In this document: one piece after another, positions 13,201 to 25,090 of the stretch
Layout of the letters: each line of letters begins with the position of its first letter
Position numbering within the stretch: position 1 is the first letter of the stretch
Assembly (NCBI GenBank): GCA_002633005.1
Contig: NMRA01000243.1
Span: forward strand, 138,783 to 202,782
Direction of reading: 5' to 3'
Length of the DNA stretch: 64,000 nt
DNA from: Phoronis australis
Taxonomy: Eukaryota > Animalia > Phoronida
The notes under the pieces: model-generated
What the model was told of the DNA's origin: nothing
What the model saw: only the letters and a program-made list of their open reading frames with translations
The model's database searches: none
Position numbers and translations under genes: made by a program

Positions 13201-16200
13201 CGAATATACGCCCAGGGGCATACCTATCAGAAATTCCCGGCTCTAAATGTGCTAACTTACGTGGTAAACGGAAAATCGACTTTTACTTGAAGCACTGTTG
13301 TGTTGCAAGCGTAGCGCCTGTACGGCTAGTATTTTCTAAGGACGTCACGTTTTGTGGTTGTCGATTCGTCCCGTTTGGCAAACTCTACCACATTTTTGTT
13401 TGCAAACACGACATGAGTTTGTTGGTGTTTTGATGAATTTTGGCAAGCAGTAAATTCTATCAAGCTTTTCCTAGCAAACTCTGCCAAACTGCTTGATCGT
13501 GTTTGGCAGCCTGTCTACACTGGCAAACTTGCAAAACTTTCTTGTGTGAAATTCACGCTCACTACTACACGAACAAAAAATGAAGTATTTTCAAAAACAA
13601 GAGTTGAATTTTTTAAAGTACAAGTGTCGCCAAGTCAGAAAATTTTCCTTGTACTCCAACTTCGTTATCCATGCCAGGTGGCGGCTCTGACCTGTCCGCA
13701 CACAAAACTCTTCTCTCACGCACGTTGTGCCCCTCTCACGGATGCATGTTCTCTCCTAGCTCTCGCGGACATATTTCTTTTTTTCGCGCACAGACCAGCC
13801 CTTATTGCTCAGACACGTCATTCCATGCCCGCAAAAGCTAGAGAATGGCTTTTTGCACGGGCAGTCCTGAGCCGCGCACGCAAGGCCGGGAGTCTATGTG
13901 CCCTGATTGAAGTTTTGCATCTCAAAATTCTTGTTGACGCATCCGCAGGTACCATCACGTTTTATAGCGGCTTCAACAGAAATAAGGACACGTGCAGCAG
14001 TGGAATCTGTTAGGTATTAAACATAAGTGTTTCCAATCAGCGTGTAGTTTGTCTTAATTTGCTATTTTTCGTTCAGGCTAAACAAACTGTACAGTGCACT
14101 TTTGACATTCCTAATTTCCTTTTAATGAGATGCTATTGAGGATGAATTCAGGGGCGGGTCCAGGATTTTGAGTTAGTGGGGGCCTGGACACAGCATTAGC
14201 CAAGATTTTGCCCGTCAGATTTTCGCACCCCCGAACTGCCAAATGGAATCTGGGATAATTTTAGAGGAGGGGGCATGCCCCCCTTCCCCCCGCCTCCTTA
14301 AATCCACCACTAGAATTGATGAAATCCAGCAGGTAGTGGAACACTCTATTTACGTTAGGATCACTTCAGTCGATTGAATAAGTATAGTACAAGTTCTTTT
14401 ATTAGGTCGTCATCAATAGAATAACTCGCAAACTTTCGATTTGATAATGATTCATATGTTTTCTATTCTACACGTCGAATACATCTCTCTGTTTGTCCGA
14501 AGCCTCAAGTTAGTTGTCCAATATTTGAGGACCTGTATTGGAATTGGAGACCTTTCAGGTGATAACAAAATCTCAATTTGTCTTCAATGGCGTGTTCTTG
14601 ATCTACTTATGCTATGGAAAATGAGGGCTTCAGTAATTCAACTACAAGGCAATTGAGATTGTTTCGTGCACCTGTTTTTCGCCTGGTGTTCAAATAGATG
14701 CAGGTTTGAAGACAAACAGACAAAGCAAACAGACCCCTGTGCAAATCAGCTGATATTTCATGTTTGAATTCTTTATATCGACTGATTTGCTGTGGTTACT
14801 AGTCATCGTCGTAACTAGGGTATCGGGGCGCACCACGATTGCACCAATGAGGAGAATTTCGGATAGAAGGATTGTACTCTGATAGACAACCCGTAAAACT
14901 TGTAGATTTAAAAAAAATAGTGAACACGCTGCTAAGAAAAAGATTCCACCAAAATAGTAGTGACTAGTATAGTATACCGTCTTTTTAGACGTCCTCTTGT
15001 CTGGAATTTGTGTAAGTTCTAACAGACTTCTTTAGATATTTATGAAGCCGAGATTTAACTTTGCGTAACAAGGTCCTTGCAAACACGCCAAGGATTTTGA
15101 GTAAAAATTGCCCGTGTTCGCTTTGGAGCAAACGACCGTTTTAAAACGTCATTATTTTTAGTCAATGCGGACAATATTAATTTCATAAAGACAAATAACG
15201 CCTGAGAATATTTTCAACATTCTTGACTATAACACAAGTTTAACTTATTACCACTCTTCTTTTACCTTGTCGGTAAAAATAATCTTTTGACTGTTCATGA
15301 TCGGCCTGCAGACGTTTTTAATTCTCCATACAATGACCTGAAATTTCAAATCGGAATTTGTTTGGATTCGTTTGACTGCTGTTTTTGTGAAAAATTTCTT
15401 TTGAACTTGATCGTCAATTTCTCAAGTAGCTCAAGCTCTTCGTCTTCACGTATTGCTTCAGTGTCAGTGTTGTACCCGGTGCGCGGCGTTTTTTGCAGAA
15501 TGTAATGTGACTCAGGGCCCAAAGCCCGCATTATGTGAATTCGGTTGATATTAATCCCTTGAAAATTACTCATTGTTAGTTGCGAGAGCAGAACTAACAC
15601 TAACACTTATGGAAATAACACTAAAATAACATCTGATAATTTATGGTAACATTTTATAATATACAATAATGATAATCATAATAAAAATACGCGTCTTCTA
15701 CCGTTCGCAAGCTGTTCAGCTTTGTATGAAGTGGGCCTGCGTTCCATAGACGCAAGAAACTCTGGAAAACTCAACATCACGCAAGTCTTCGCAAGATATC
15801 GCCATGTATTAAAAAGAAGCAAGGGACCACACCAGCTTTTTATCGAACTCGGCCTCGTTCTTTCGCACACTACGTAAGCGCTTTCAAAATAATAAGTACT
15901 TCGAGGTATTTTTTTTCTTATCAGTTGTGATATTTTCATTTAACACAACATTCACGTTGCAGTTGGCGCCCTTCTTATTGTGCGAAAATAACATCATGTC
16001 TCCTGAGTTTGCGCAAGATCATTCGTATTTTTGTAGCTGTCTTGACGAGGTCCATACGAGCCACTCTCAAGAGAATTCTAGTTAGCTATTCTGGCACGCT
16101 TGTAACGATGTGCCACAATACATGACTTGTCCGTCTATTCACAAGTATATTTTTACTATTATTTGTCTGTAAGAACTGTCGAAAGTTATTGAATTTCGTA

Positions 16201-19200
16201 CATGTAAATANNNNNNNNNNNNNNNNNNNNNNNNNNNNNNNNNNNNNNNNNNNNNNNNNNNNNNNNNNNNNNNNNNNNNNNNNNNNNNNNNNNNNNNNNN
16301 NNNNNNNNNNNNNNNNNNNNNNNNNNNNNNNNNNNNNNNNNNNNNNNNNNNNNNNNNNNNNNNNNNNNNNNNNNNNNNNNNNNNNNNNNNNNNNNNNNNN
16401 NNNNNNNNNNNNNNNNNNNNNNNNNNNNNNNNNNNNNNNNNNNNNNNNNNNNNNNNNNNNNNNNNNNNNNNNNNNNNNNNNNNNNNNNNNNNNNNNNNNN
16501 NNNNNNNNNNNNNNNNNNNNNNNNNNNNNNNNNNNNNNNNNNNNNNNNNNNNNNNNNNNNNNNNNNNNNNNNNNNNNNNNNNNNNNNNNNNNNNNNNNNN
16601 NNNNNNNNNNNNNNNNNNNNNNNNNNNNNNNNNNNNNNNNNNNNNNNNNNNNNNNNNNNNNNNNNNNNNNNNNNNNNNNNNNNNNNNNNNNNNNNNNNNN
16701 NNAAAATTCTCCCATATTTCATTTGGCAATCCAGGGATGCGAATGTCTGACGGACAAAATCCTGGTTAATGCTATTGCCCTGCCCCCCCCCAACTCAAAA
16801 TCCTGGATCCGCCCCTGCGTTTATCGCCTGGAAAACTTGCTGCGCTAATCCTTTACTGTGGAAGTCAATCTTAAAAAGGAGACATGGGAATCACTAGTCT
16901 GAATTGGAGGTACGTGACTGCAGCTTGAACACTGAGCGTATTTGGCTGCAATATCCCATGAAATAAGCGGTAAAGGAACTACGTAGAAGATAGATACATG
17001 TATGTGATGGGTCTCGAACACGTTTTATCAAAGGTCGTACCAGAGGCCATAGTTAAAATGGTCGAAGGCAATTTGTCGCGTGCACAGCGCTGTGTTTTTA
17101 CGACAACAAAACAGACAGCTTAAATATTTCCGTTTGTCATGTAGTAAATCTGTTCGTAGCTAAGTCGGTCGTAGGCACATTGTTGCAATTCTTTGTTAGT
17201 GTAGCCACACATTGCCGTCATCGCTGTCCAGTGACCAGCGTCCGTCCGTCCTGTGTCCGTAGCAGCATCTTCTAAACCCCTTGCAGGCAAATTGGCTAGT
17301 GACTTTCTACGTACGTGACCGCCAACAAATGAGGACATATTTCGGACGAATCCGACTGCCGCAACTGCCCCCTGGAAGCTATCTTTGTTCTTTACGTGTG
17401 CTCGTGTATCTTCGGAGTTCCTTTATGGACTTTGATGAAGTTTGGTAAGAATACATCCAATACAAAAAGACGACGCCTTCCCATTTGCAGATGACTTTGG
17501 TCTATTCTTTGTCAGCTCGTAGCTATTTTAACTTTTATTTTCGGGTCTGTCTTTGGCCATCCGCCGGATGTGTTCCCATTGAGAAGAGTACCGGTACGAC
17601 AGACGTTCGTTTTTGAACAGGTCCGACAGCAGTGGCGCACCTAGTGGCATTTTTGCGTCTCCTAAACCCCTTACAGGATCTTTGTGGAATTTAGGAAGAG
17701 TATTTATATGAACTTGACAACAATTGATGACGACTTTGGGACAGATACGACGGTCACTGTGCGCAGTGACAATTTTTTCCCTTTTTTGTTTTCCTCTTAT
17801 CTTCGTAGTTCTTGACGGATTTTCATGGAATTTGGAATATAGGCTGCTAGTAAGGAGACGGATTTGACGTATTGTCGCTACATAGTTATTATTTTCGAGT
17901 CTGTTTGTAGGGTCCGCCCTCTATCCGCCAAACCGCTCCATGAGGGATCATTGTGAAAATTAGCACAGCAGACGATAATTTTCTGACAAGGTCCGACTAT
18001 TGTGGCACACCCTAGCGACAATTTATTTTTTGCCTCCGACTCAATATCTGCAAAGTGCCTTCAAGTGGTATGGGCTTCGATTGAGGGGAATACCTAACGT
18101 GGATTTTGGACAAAGCTGACTTCTTTCGAGTCCCCTAGACCCGGACAATTTTTGTAGTTGCCTTGATATCCACCAAGCTTCTTGATGGAGTTTCAGAAGG
18201 ATTTGACCCCTAGTGGATTTTTTATTTTTATTTTGTGTCTGTTTTTTACTTTCCGCCTCCCTATCCGCCAAGCTGAGTTATTGAAGCTGTGGGGAGAGCG
18301 TAGTTCCCCCCACAAGGTGCCATTTTAAGTTTACCACAATCGCTTACTCCTGTGTGAATGTTAAAATATTATCATCTCAGTCTGTGCTGTATGCGATTTA
18401 CACGTACTCAGCAATCAGTCACACCAAAGCTCTCATTTAGTTTAAAATTTTTAGACAAACAGAGTTGCTCCATAGCCCGTGGGCACTCAATATTTTTTCC
18501 TAAGTGAGACCAGGTGCAAGTTCCCTAAACGCAAGACACTCGCGAGCCAGCTAGTGTGGTCACGTGATGTTTTCTCGCGAAGACTTACGCAGCGTTGTGT
18601 TTCCGCGCAAGACCTATGTGGCGCTCACATATGACACTGAAGATAGAATACTGCAAACTTCGAAAATTTGATTGACACTCTTGACAAGTAGCAGTCAGCA
18701 TGCACGGGAACAATAGGCGGTAATTTTGTAAAAAAAGCTTCCTCCAGAATCATGCGCGCACCCAGAGGGGCTCGGGCGGCTCGAATGAGCCCCCCCCATT
18801 TGGTGAAGTGGACAAAAAGGTCCGCCTCGGAGAAACAAAACGTCCGACAAAACGAGACAAAAAGTCCACTAAACAGGCGCAAACGCACAATTCGCAGCTG
18901 TTGACGTGGTACCCCGTTTCTTTGTTGTTTTTTAATCCTTCGGCTGCCTTTGTCGGTAAAAGCTCCACATCGTCGGAAATTCGAGCCCCCCCATATTAAA
19001 GGCTGGGTTCGCGCATGAGAATTGTGCCAAGCTAGCAGCAAAATGTATTTCACAGAATATGCCTTCTGCATTTTGAAAGCGGTACTTACACATCTGAACT
19101 GTTAGTTCTTTGCACCCAGAAATCACTTCCTAAGGAACAAGTTGGGGATTAATTTTATTGCGGCAAGGGGTTGAAATCAAAAGTTCGTTTCTTCGACGGA

Positions 19201-21469
19201 ACAAGGGGTTGATTGTCACGTTTTTCTCAACTGAAAAGTACTTCCTCCGGTCTTGGCTGGAAATAGACAAACTCCAGTACGCAATGTTGGTGTGATCTGT
19301 TGAAATTCTAAACAAAAGACTGCAAGAACCCTGAATAAAAATTCATATGCATATGTCGTGACTTAACGTCTCATGATTTTCAGCACGCACTGCAGCGCTT
19401 TATCAGTTGAGCTAGTGTACCGGGTTAACTATAACACTTGAACTAACGTGGACCGGGTCACCTCTCAGATTCCATAGATAAAAGTTTGGAAACCTCAGCA
19501 CGAGCGGTTCGCACTTTGCTCGCTTGCGTGACATGTTTGGTCCTGTCAGGAAACAAAACAAAGTCGAAAAAATGCCCGAATTATGAGAAGTAACTAGAGC
19601 GCAAACAACTATGTTGACTATTTACAGCCGCTGTACCTGCCATGGACGTGGTCGAAAAAACTTGGCAAAACACTAAAGTGCGACCGATGTTTTGGCCTTT
19701 GCTCTGAAATGTTACCCTAAGACCTTATATACAATTCAATTGTGTGCACTGTAAAGTACGTGGTGAATGGCGCAGCTAAGTCCACCTAAAAGTGCATTTC
19801 TATTAATTGTTGACAGTGGTTGTGGCAACGAATTAATTGAAAACAGCCGCAGCCTGACCGGCCTGTTTAGTGAGTGACGTGTAACTATTGTAGGCCTACT
19901 TGGCTATTCCAGTTCGTTGATCATTTTCAACCTTTTCCTCTCTTATTCTGATTGGACTGTAGACAGGAGGTGCTAACTGCGTCGTCGATTGCGTTAAATT
20001 AAAATAAAAATGCTTGAGGCCTGCTATACGAACTCGCACCTTCCATCAAATAAACTAACGTTTGATGGGCAGACCATTGAATGCCATAAAACTGGTCTCA
20101 ACTTGTTCCCTACTCATATTAGAAAACTATTCTGGGCACGGGAAGAACGCGCCGTTCGTCAGGACTATAGACCATGCTTGGCGCATATACTGACCCGCCG
20201 TGACAAGCCGACTTGTAAAGCCTGGTCTCAACCAAGAAGGCGCAGTTCGTCAGGCCTTTAGACCGTGCTTGGCGCATACACCGACCCGCGCCGTGACACT
20301 AAGCCGACATGTTAAGCCTGGTCTCAACCAAGAACGAACTCTCAGTCCTTCCTAAACCCAATTTTATAACGGCAAGTTAATTTTTAACAGGAGGTGGGTT
20401 TACAGTCTAATTCCTGTTTTGGAGTTTTTATCCAAAGCTCATTTCACCACTTAAAGCGAAAAGCCTGGGCTTCCTGGCCTCTCTGTGTCACAAAATGCAC
20501 ACGGCGGTTTAAAACATGTTACCTGTCCTGCAATATTGTGTACAACTCGCCCGAGGGCTTAGTCATTTAGTCGCCTATTTAGTAGATTTAAAAGAAGTTG
20601 TTCAGAGGACTGACTAAGCAATATTTCGTTTTCTCAGCGGAAAAAAAGTTTTCTCCGCGACGAAAAGTGATTTTTTTCGTGATGTTTCTTGTCAACGTCA
20701 GCTTTGGGCCACCTTAAAGTTACCATTTCGTTTTTGTTTCATGCATCTTTTGACGTTTTTTTATAGCGCTCGTGCAAAATGGAACATCTTAAAAGCAACT
20801 CCCAACACAGTTTGTGGAGAACAAGCCATAAAGTATAGCGTTTGACAGTTTCACATGCTTGTGACCACGCATTTCTGAGACATGAGAGCCAAATTTGCAG
20901 TTTATATAGTCTACATAACCTCAGGTACTTCAGCAAAACCAAAAAGTCTCATCGGGAAAGCACGTTTGTCTCGGTTCTGTTTGTGTTCTAGCCTAATTTT
21001 TGACAACGCATTGAGTCTATAAGTTGGGAGTTTCACTTAAAAACCGCCAATATCAATCTTTGCTAGAATTCTTTACAAGTGAAAACTCACCTCTACGCCC
21101 GTTCAAAATCACCGTCTCATCAGCTGTGACGTCCTCCTTCGGCTGTTCATCTCTTTGCATTTCTTGATACTGACGAATGAATGGTGAATTTGAAAAGTTC
21201 ATTAGCCTGTCCGAGGCACTTATCACAGGGGCCCGATTCAAGTTCATCATTTTCAATAGTTTAAATTTAATGTACTCTATTCTTATTTGGCGCAGTTCTT
21301 CCTCTGCCACGGAGACGTTATGTCCGTGATGGCATTGCGGACAGTCGGATCCAAGCGGGCTGTGGACACCTGCATGGTTTGCATTGGTGGCAGCCTTCAC
21401 TGGAGAAGAACGAATACATGAGATAGCAGAAACAAATATCAAAGACGTGTAAAGAGTCGAAATATACAT
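1107..21469 (-). CDS. TGF-beta superfamily ligand, divergent activin/myostatin-like (complete, 3 coding exons, 387 aa)
   Basis: Exons 21469-21091, 3437-2838 and 1291-1107 (379+600+185=1164 nt) join in frame through two phase-1 GT-AG introns. The protein has a signal peptide, a prodomain with DCPQC, RIEYIKFKLLKMMNLNRAPVIS and LELSCKTC, a furin site RSRR, and a mature domain with pattern C-CC-CxxxC-CC-CxC. Confidence 0.93.
2838..3437 (-). CDS. TGF-beta ligand exon 2 (prodomain, furin site, first half of mature domain)
   Basis: Acceptor ttttctttttcag, donor G|gtaaac. Contains RSRR-NSQRYTCESGQTSCCGQELTFSFVDIGWSFIIQPRTFTTKFCKGNC. Confidence 0.95.
3560..3723. mobile_element. MITE family A
   Basis: Same internal sequence as 237-388. 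TSD aagat/aagat. Confidence 0.85.
5324..6939. mobile_element. TTAA-flanked TIR element (Kolobok-like, non-autonomous, 1.6 kb)
   Basis: ttaa|aggagaatgccacccaa ... ttgggtggcattctc(agtg)ct|ttaa. No transposase ORF recognised. Confidence 0.7.
7349..8565. repeat. 33-bp minisatellite (aataataatttcaagaagtctatcccatccaac)
   Basis: More than 30 diverged units. Part of the array is duplicated across the N at 7880. Confidence 0.95.
9859..10018. mobile_element. MITE related to family A (different interior)
   Basis: cataggcagatccagg...cctggatccgcccttg. TSD degenerate (caacg/taatg). Confidence 0.65.
10638..11644. repeat. ~503-bp direct duplication across a single N (likely haplotype overlap)
   Basis: 10638-11140 and 11143-11644 are near identical (a few SNPs, one 1-bp indel), separated by N at 11141. 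Confidence 0.9.
11950..12096 (-). mobile_element. tRNA-derived SINE
   Basis: A box TGGCCTAGTG and B box GGTTCGAGTCC. Body shared with copies at 40590, 44680 and 53625. Confidence 0.75.
14149..14312. mobile_element. MITE family A
   Basis: TSD gaatt/gaatt. Confidence 0.85.
16211..16702. other. Assembly gap (492 N)
   Basis: Run of N. Confidence 1.
16703..16817. mobile_element. MITE family A, truncated by the assembly gap
   Basis: Ends aaaatcctggatccgcccctg. Interior matches the reverse complement of 237-388. Confidence 0.8.
17150..18330 (+). mobile_element. Helentron/DINE-1-like non-autonomous rolling-circle element
   Basis: 5' (cgtc)n tract, about three degenerate internal units of roughly 380 bp, and a 3' hairpin tgtgggga..ccccaca followed by ttttaagttt. 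Related units occur at 2255-2600. Confidence 0.5.
18751..19017. mobile_element. MITE family B (CATGCGCGCACCC TIRs, 5-bp TSD)
   Basis: TSD agaat/agaat. Homologous to 28063-28304 and 33434-33667. Confidence 0.85.
21091..21469 (-). CDS. TGF-beta ligand exon 1 (signal peptide and prodomain N-terminal helix)
   Basis: MYISTLYTSLIFVSAISC hydrophobic leader, CPQC, RIEYIK..LL..M.L...P.IS motif. Donor G|gtgag is phase 1 and matches exon 2. Confidence 0.92.
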
Positions 21470-21542
21470 GATTTATAGTTAAGACCGACCCGACCACTGC
21501 GTTCTGAACACTATAAAGGAACGAGTCCGATGCAGTGTCAAC

Positions 21543-21604
21543 TTTATATAGCGTAAATAGTCCAGATAACGTCACGAACGCGTCATCTTACAACCTTTGA
21601 TTGG
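21543..21604 (-). promoter_or_regulatory. Putative core promoter of the TGF-beta gene
   Basis: On the minus strand: TATATAAA at 21550-21543 (about 75 nt upstream of ATG), TGACG half-sites at about 21574-21570 and 21585-21581, and CCAATC at 21604-21599. Confidence 0.6.
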
Positions 21605-22782
21605 CAGATTTGCAACCGCCTTCAAGCTGTATTGATTTCGGCACTTTCTATTGAATAGATTCAGGTATGCCGTCTGCTCGCGCTGAAGTATGATGATCAT
21701 CTGACATCGATGTCAGTAGGAATATTGTTAAGACGTTGACTTATAACCAATCAGAGGCCGCGTTATCTGACTACATGTAAATGATTCACTGAACTCTGCC
21801 CACAACATTTATAATCCAAGAAACTAGTTCAATACTTGTGAATTTTAGAGGACAAACTGTGGATTAAATATTACTCCCATGTTGCACTTTTCCACACGTA
21901 TGAAGTATTATTTAGTTTTTGGAATCGGACTTAATTTTCCAAGGTTACAACTACTGGCGCGGCCAGAAATATCCAACAGAGGGACTAAACACGAAATTGT
22001 TGGCGAAGGGAAAGGGGCTAGAATGAATGACAACCTGGGTGCACTTGCAACGAACAAGTGGGTCAAACTCAAAATTAAAATGAGTTTCGACCGAAAACAT
22101 CTATTTGCATTTAACAGGAGGCCACGGTCCTGTTGTGCCTCTCCTCCGCGAGTACGCTTGGGGCACGAGTGAAACATAAATGTTATCTCTTTCGACCTCA
22201 GACGGCAGCGTATGACTCATTTGATCAAATTTGTCCTTTTGAGTCGTTTTTTTGTAAAATAAACTCTTAGAAGACTACTGGAGCTTACTACCCCGCGGTA
22301 AGCAGGGGACGGTAAGCAGGGGACGGTCAGCAGGGGTCCTGTTTCGTGCTCATAATGGTCCTTAACTGTTATTTTCGTAAAGTTTGTCGGGACTATTTTG
22401 AATGATAGAAAATAGTTGATTGCAAAAACGTTTATTTCGAAAGCAAAACTCTCCCCTCACGAAAAAAATAATTTATGTGCTTATGTATAGGAAACCTATG
22501 TATCATATTCTATTCCGAGAAATATGTCTCGATTGCAATATTTCATTTGTGTCTGTATTAGACTTAGTATGAAGTAACATCCACTCAACGCTCTGACATA
22601 CTTTCGTTTTTAATTGAATTATTAAAGTCTCTGGTAGCATTATTTCATCAGCTGAAATACGGAAGTAATGTCTAAGGTATGCGATAAAAACTTCACCCAT
22701 CCGGTGAGTCAATAAGTTTTGCAAAGTACGTATACATCGAACAACATAAACAGGCCCATGTTAGTGAAAAGCTCAAAAATTT

Positions 22783-22947
22783 CAGTGGCAGATTTAGAGG
22801 GGGGAAGGGCAAGGGGCCAATGCCTCCCCCCAAAAGAAAATCTCACATTCTATTTGGCAGTTCGGGGGTGCGGTCGGAATGTCTGACAGAAAAAAATCTT
22901 GGCTTATACTCTGCCCTCCCCCCACACTCAAAATCGTGGATTTCCTG
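22783..22947. mobile_element. MITE family A
   Basis: TSD aattt/aattt. Confidence 0.8.
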
Positions 22948-23799
22948 AATTTATGAACGAGTACTCTATATAAATTGGTTCTGACCTCCGCCCGACTCGA
23001 AAAATAATTTCTTATGTCAGGCGTAACCCACAATTCCGCTGTCGCAATCCTATGTTCTTTCGGCGGTACTAAACATGTTAAACCCCTCTTAATTAACGGC
23101 AAAGTGTTTAAACGTATTTAACTAGTAAATTCTCAAGCTTGATCTCAGCCAATTGACCATATATGATAAAATCAAAGACACAATGAATCTTGTTGTTATA
23201 AAACTTTGGTCACGGTTAATAATTTCAAGAAGTCTGCTCCAGTCAACAGTAAGCCCTAATTGGATTTGTGACCGTAGAACCGATAATGCGCCTTATTTAG
23301 AGAATGAAAATGTTTTGACGCCAATTTATATGACTAGCGTTTTTGTTAGTAGCGAAAGTGTTAGCACTTAAGGCTAGTTTATCGACGGATTAAAAGACGC
23401 CGTCGGCTATGCCCCGCTTGATAAGGATGGGAAGAAGCTCAAAACTACGCCGATGGGAAATTTGAGGCTTCCAAAATACCCGTATTATTTCGTATATGCG
23501 CATGTGCAAACTTCAGTCACACAGCCAACTCATGCCACTTTCAAAATTATGAATAATGACTGTCTGTGACTGAAATTTTGTACATGAGCAAATATGAAAT
23601 TCCGTCAAGAGGATATTTGAGGCTACAAAATACTCGAGGTGTTCCGGATGGCCCATTTCCTGCACCCCATCTTGCCACGATCCTATCATGTATCCTGCCG
23701 TGCATGTATCCTGCCGCGCGTGAGGATGTGCCTTTTTGAAACAATTCGTTGAACGAGAGGCGTATTTGTTTAGCTTAAACAGGCAGGCGAAAGCCCGGC

Positions 23800-24380
23800 A
23801 AAAATATCGATTCCTGACTAAAGTACCGTCTAGCAACGTCTACTACAGAGTTATTCGTTTTCCTTTTGAGGGAGTTTCAAGAAAAATTCACAATTCACGA
23901 ATTTTGAAATACGCGCAACGGAAAAGCGCTGCAGTCACCCCCAGGGTTTCTAATCTTCCCTCCACTTATGATTAATGCGCGCATGCGCTCACAGTCATTC
24001 GTCAAAATGGCAAGATACGGCAGATTACCATGAGTGATCGCACTACGAATCTGAGATCGACAGCTCAGTATGAAGCAAGCTAGTGAAGAAATCAATTTTC
24101 CAAAAAAATAATAATCTCAAGTGCAACGACACCTTTTTACTAATTTTAAACAGTCGGGACTTACATCTATTACCTCTCAATCGGTCTGGTTGTTGCTTGA
24201 AGTCATTGTTTTGATCGAAGGTCATATAAAGGAAGACTTAGTGTTCTACGTCTATGCCTTGCTATACCAAATAAGGAGACGTGCCTTGCCATGTGGGTGA
24301 AAAATCGACGAAGTGACGAGCAGCTGACAGACGTTTTTTTTCAAAGTTTGGAACTAAAAGAAAGTTGCTTTGTCATCAAC
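23800..24380. repeat. Dispersed repeat of ~550 bp, second copy at about 29095-29620
   Basis: Shared blocks ttttgaaatacgcgc, gcgcgcat.cgctcac, agattaccatg and cgaagtgacgagcag. Confidence 0.75.
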
Positions 24381-24854
24381 AGAAATTCAAAATTGTTACG
24401 AACAAACCGTAAAAATACCTGGTGAGCAGCTTGAATTATGTTTGAGTGGCAGACAACCACTTAGAATAATGCAATTTAGTCTGTTTTTCGTGTTCCAGGC
24501 CTCTTTAATGAATAAAAGCTCACGTTCCGTTAGCTTTGTTTAATTTTCTTACGTGGTGACTTGCGGGCAAAGGTGCTATACTTGACCGAAGAGTGCGGCG
24601 AACACATCCCCACAGGTAGCTGAGGTTCGCTGAATGAACCACCCCGTCATGATCTGTTCACGCCTATCTCCTAAGCGGATCATTTTTATGCCCGTATTCA
24701 TATACGTACTTGTGGTCGCATATTGGCGTCATTCTGATCCGATGTCTCCTTCTATATGAAGCTGACAAGCATCCCTAAAATCACACCGTTGTTCTTATCT
24801 TTCTAATTGAAACTGGAAGAATTTGTAGCATGGAGTCACATGACACTGAAATAG

Positions 24855-25090
24855 CAGAGGCGGATTTAGGGGGGGGGGTTCAGGAGGTTAAACCCACGCC
24901 CCGATCCTGGGACAGGATCAAAAATAAAAATAAAAAACGTCTCCAGGAAACAAAATCACCTACAAAAACTAAAAAAATCTTACACGGGAAGGGGGAAAAC
25001 TCCCTCCAGACTTCACCCTCACTCGGTGCTGCGGTCCTCGTATTCGTGCGAATCCTAAACCCTCTTACTGAAAACGTGTATCTGCCACTG
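24855..25090. mobile_element. MITE related to family A (different interior)
   Basis: cagaggcggattt...tatctgccactg. TSD aatag/agtag (4 of 5 match). Confidence 0.7.

Noticed and set aside
12683-14013. Cluster of 100-155 aa plus-strand ORFs in the TGF-beta intron
   Set aside because: No recognisable motifs or splice-consistent structure. Probably repeat-derived chance ORFs, though a decayed TE protein cannot be excluded without a search.
16086-16848. Long ORFs of 178-219 aa
   Set aside because: Artefacts of translating through the N gap.
20154-20333. CTGACGA in each unit (minus strand) as a hammerhead core
   Set aside because: No GAAA after a convincing stem II; only GAGAC in one unit.
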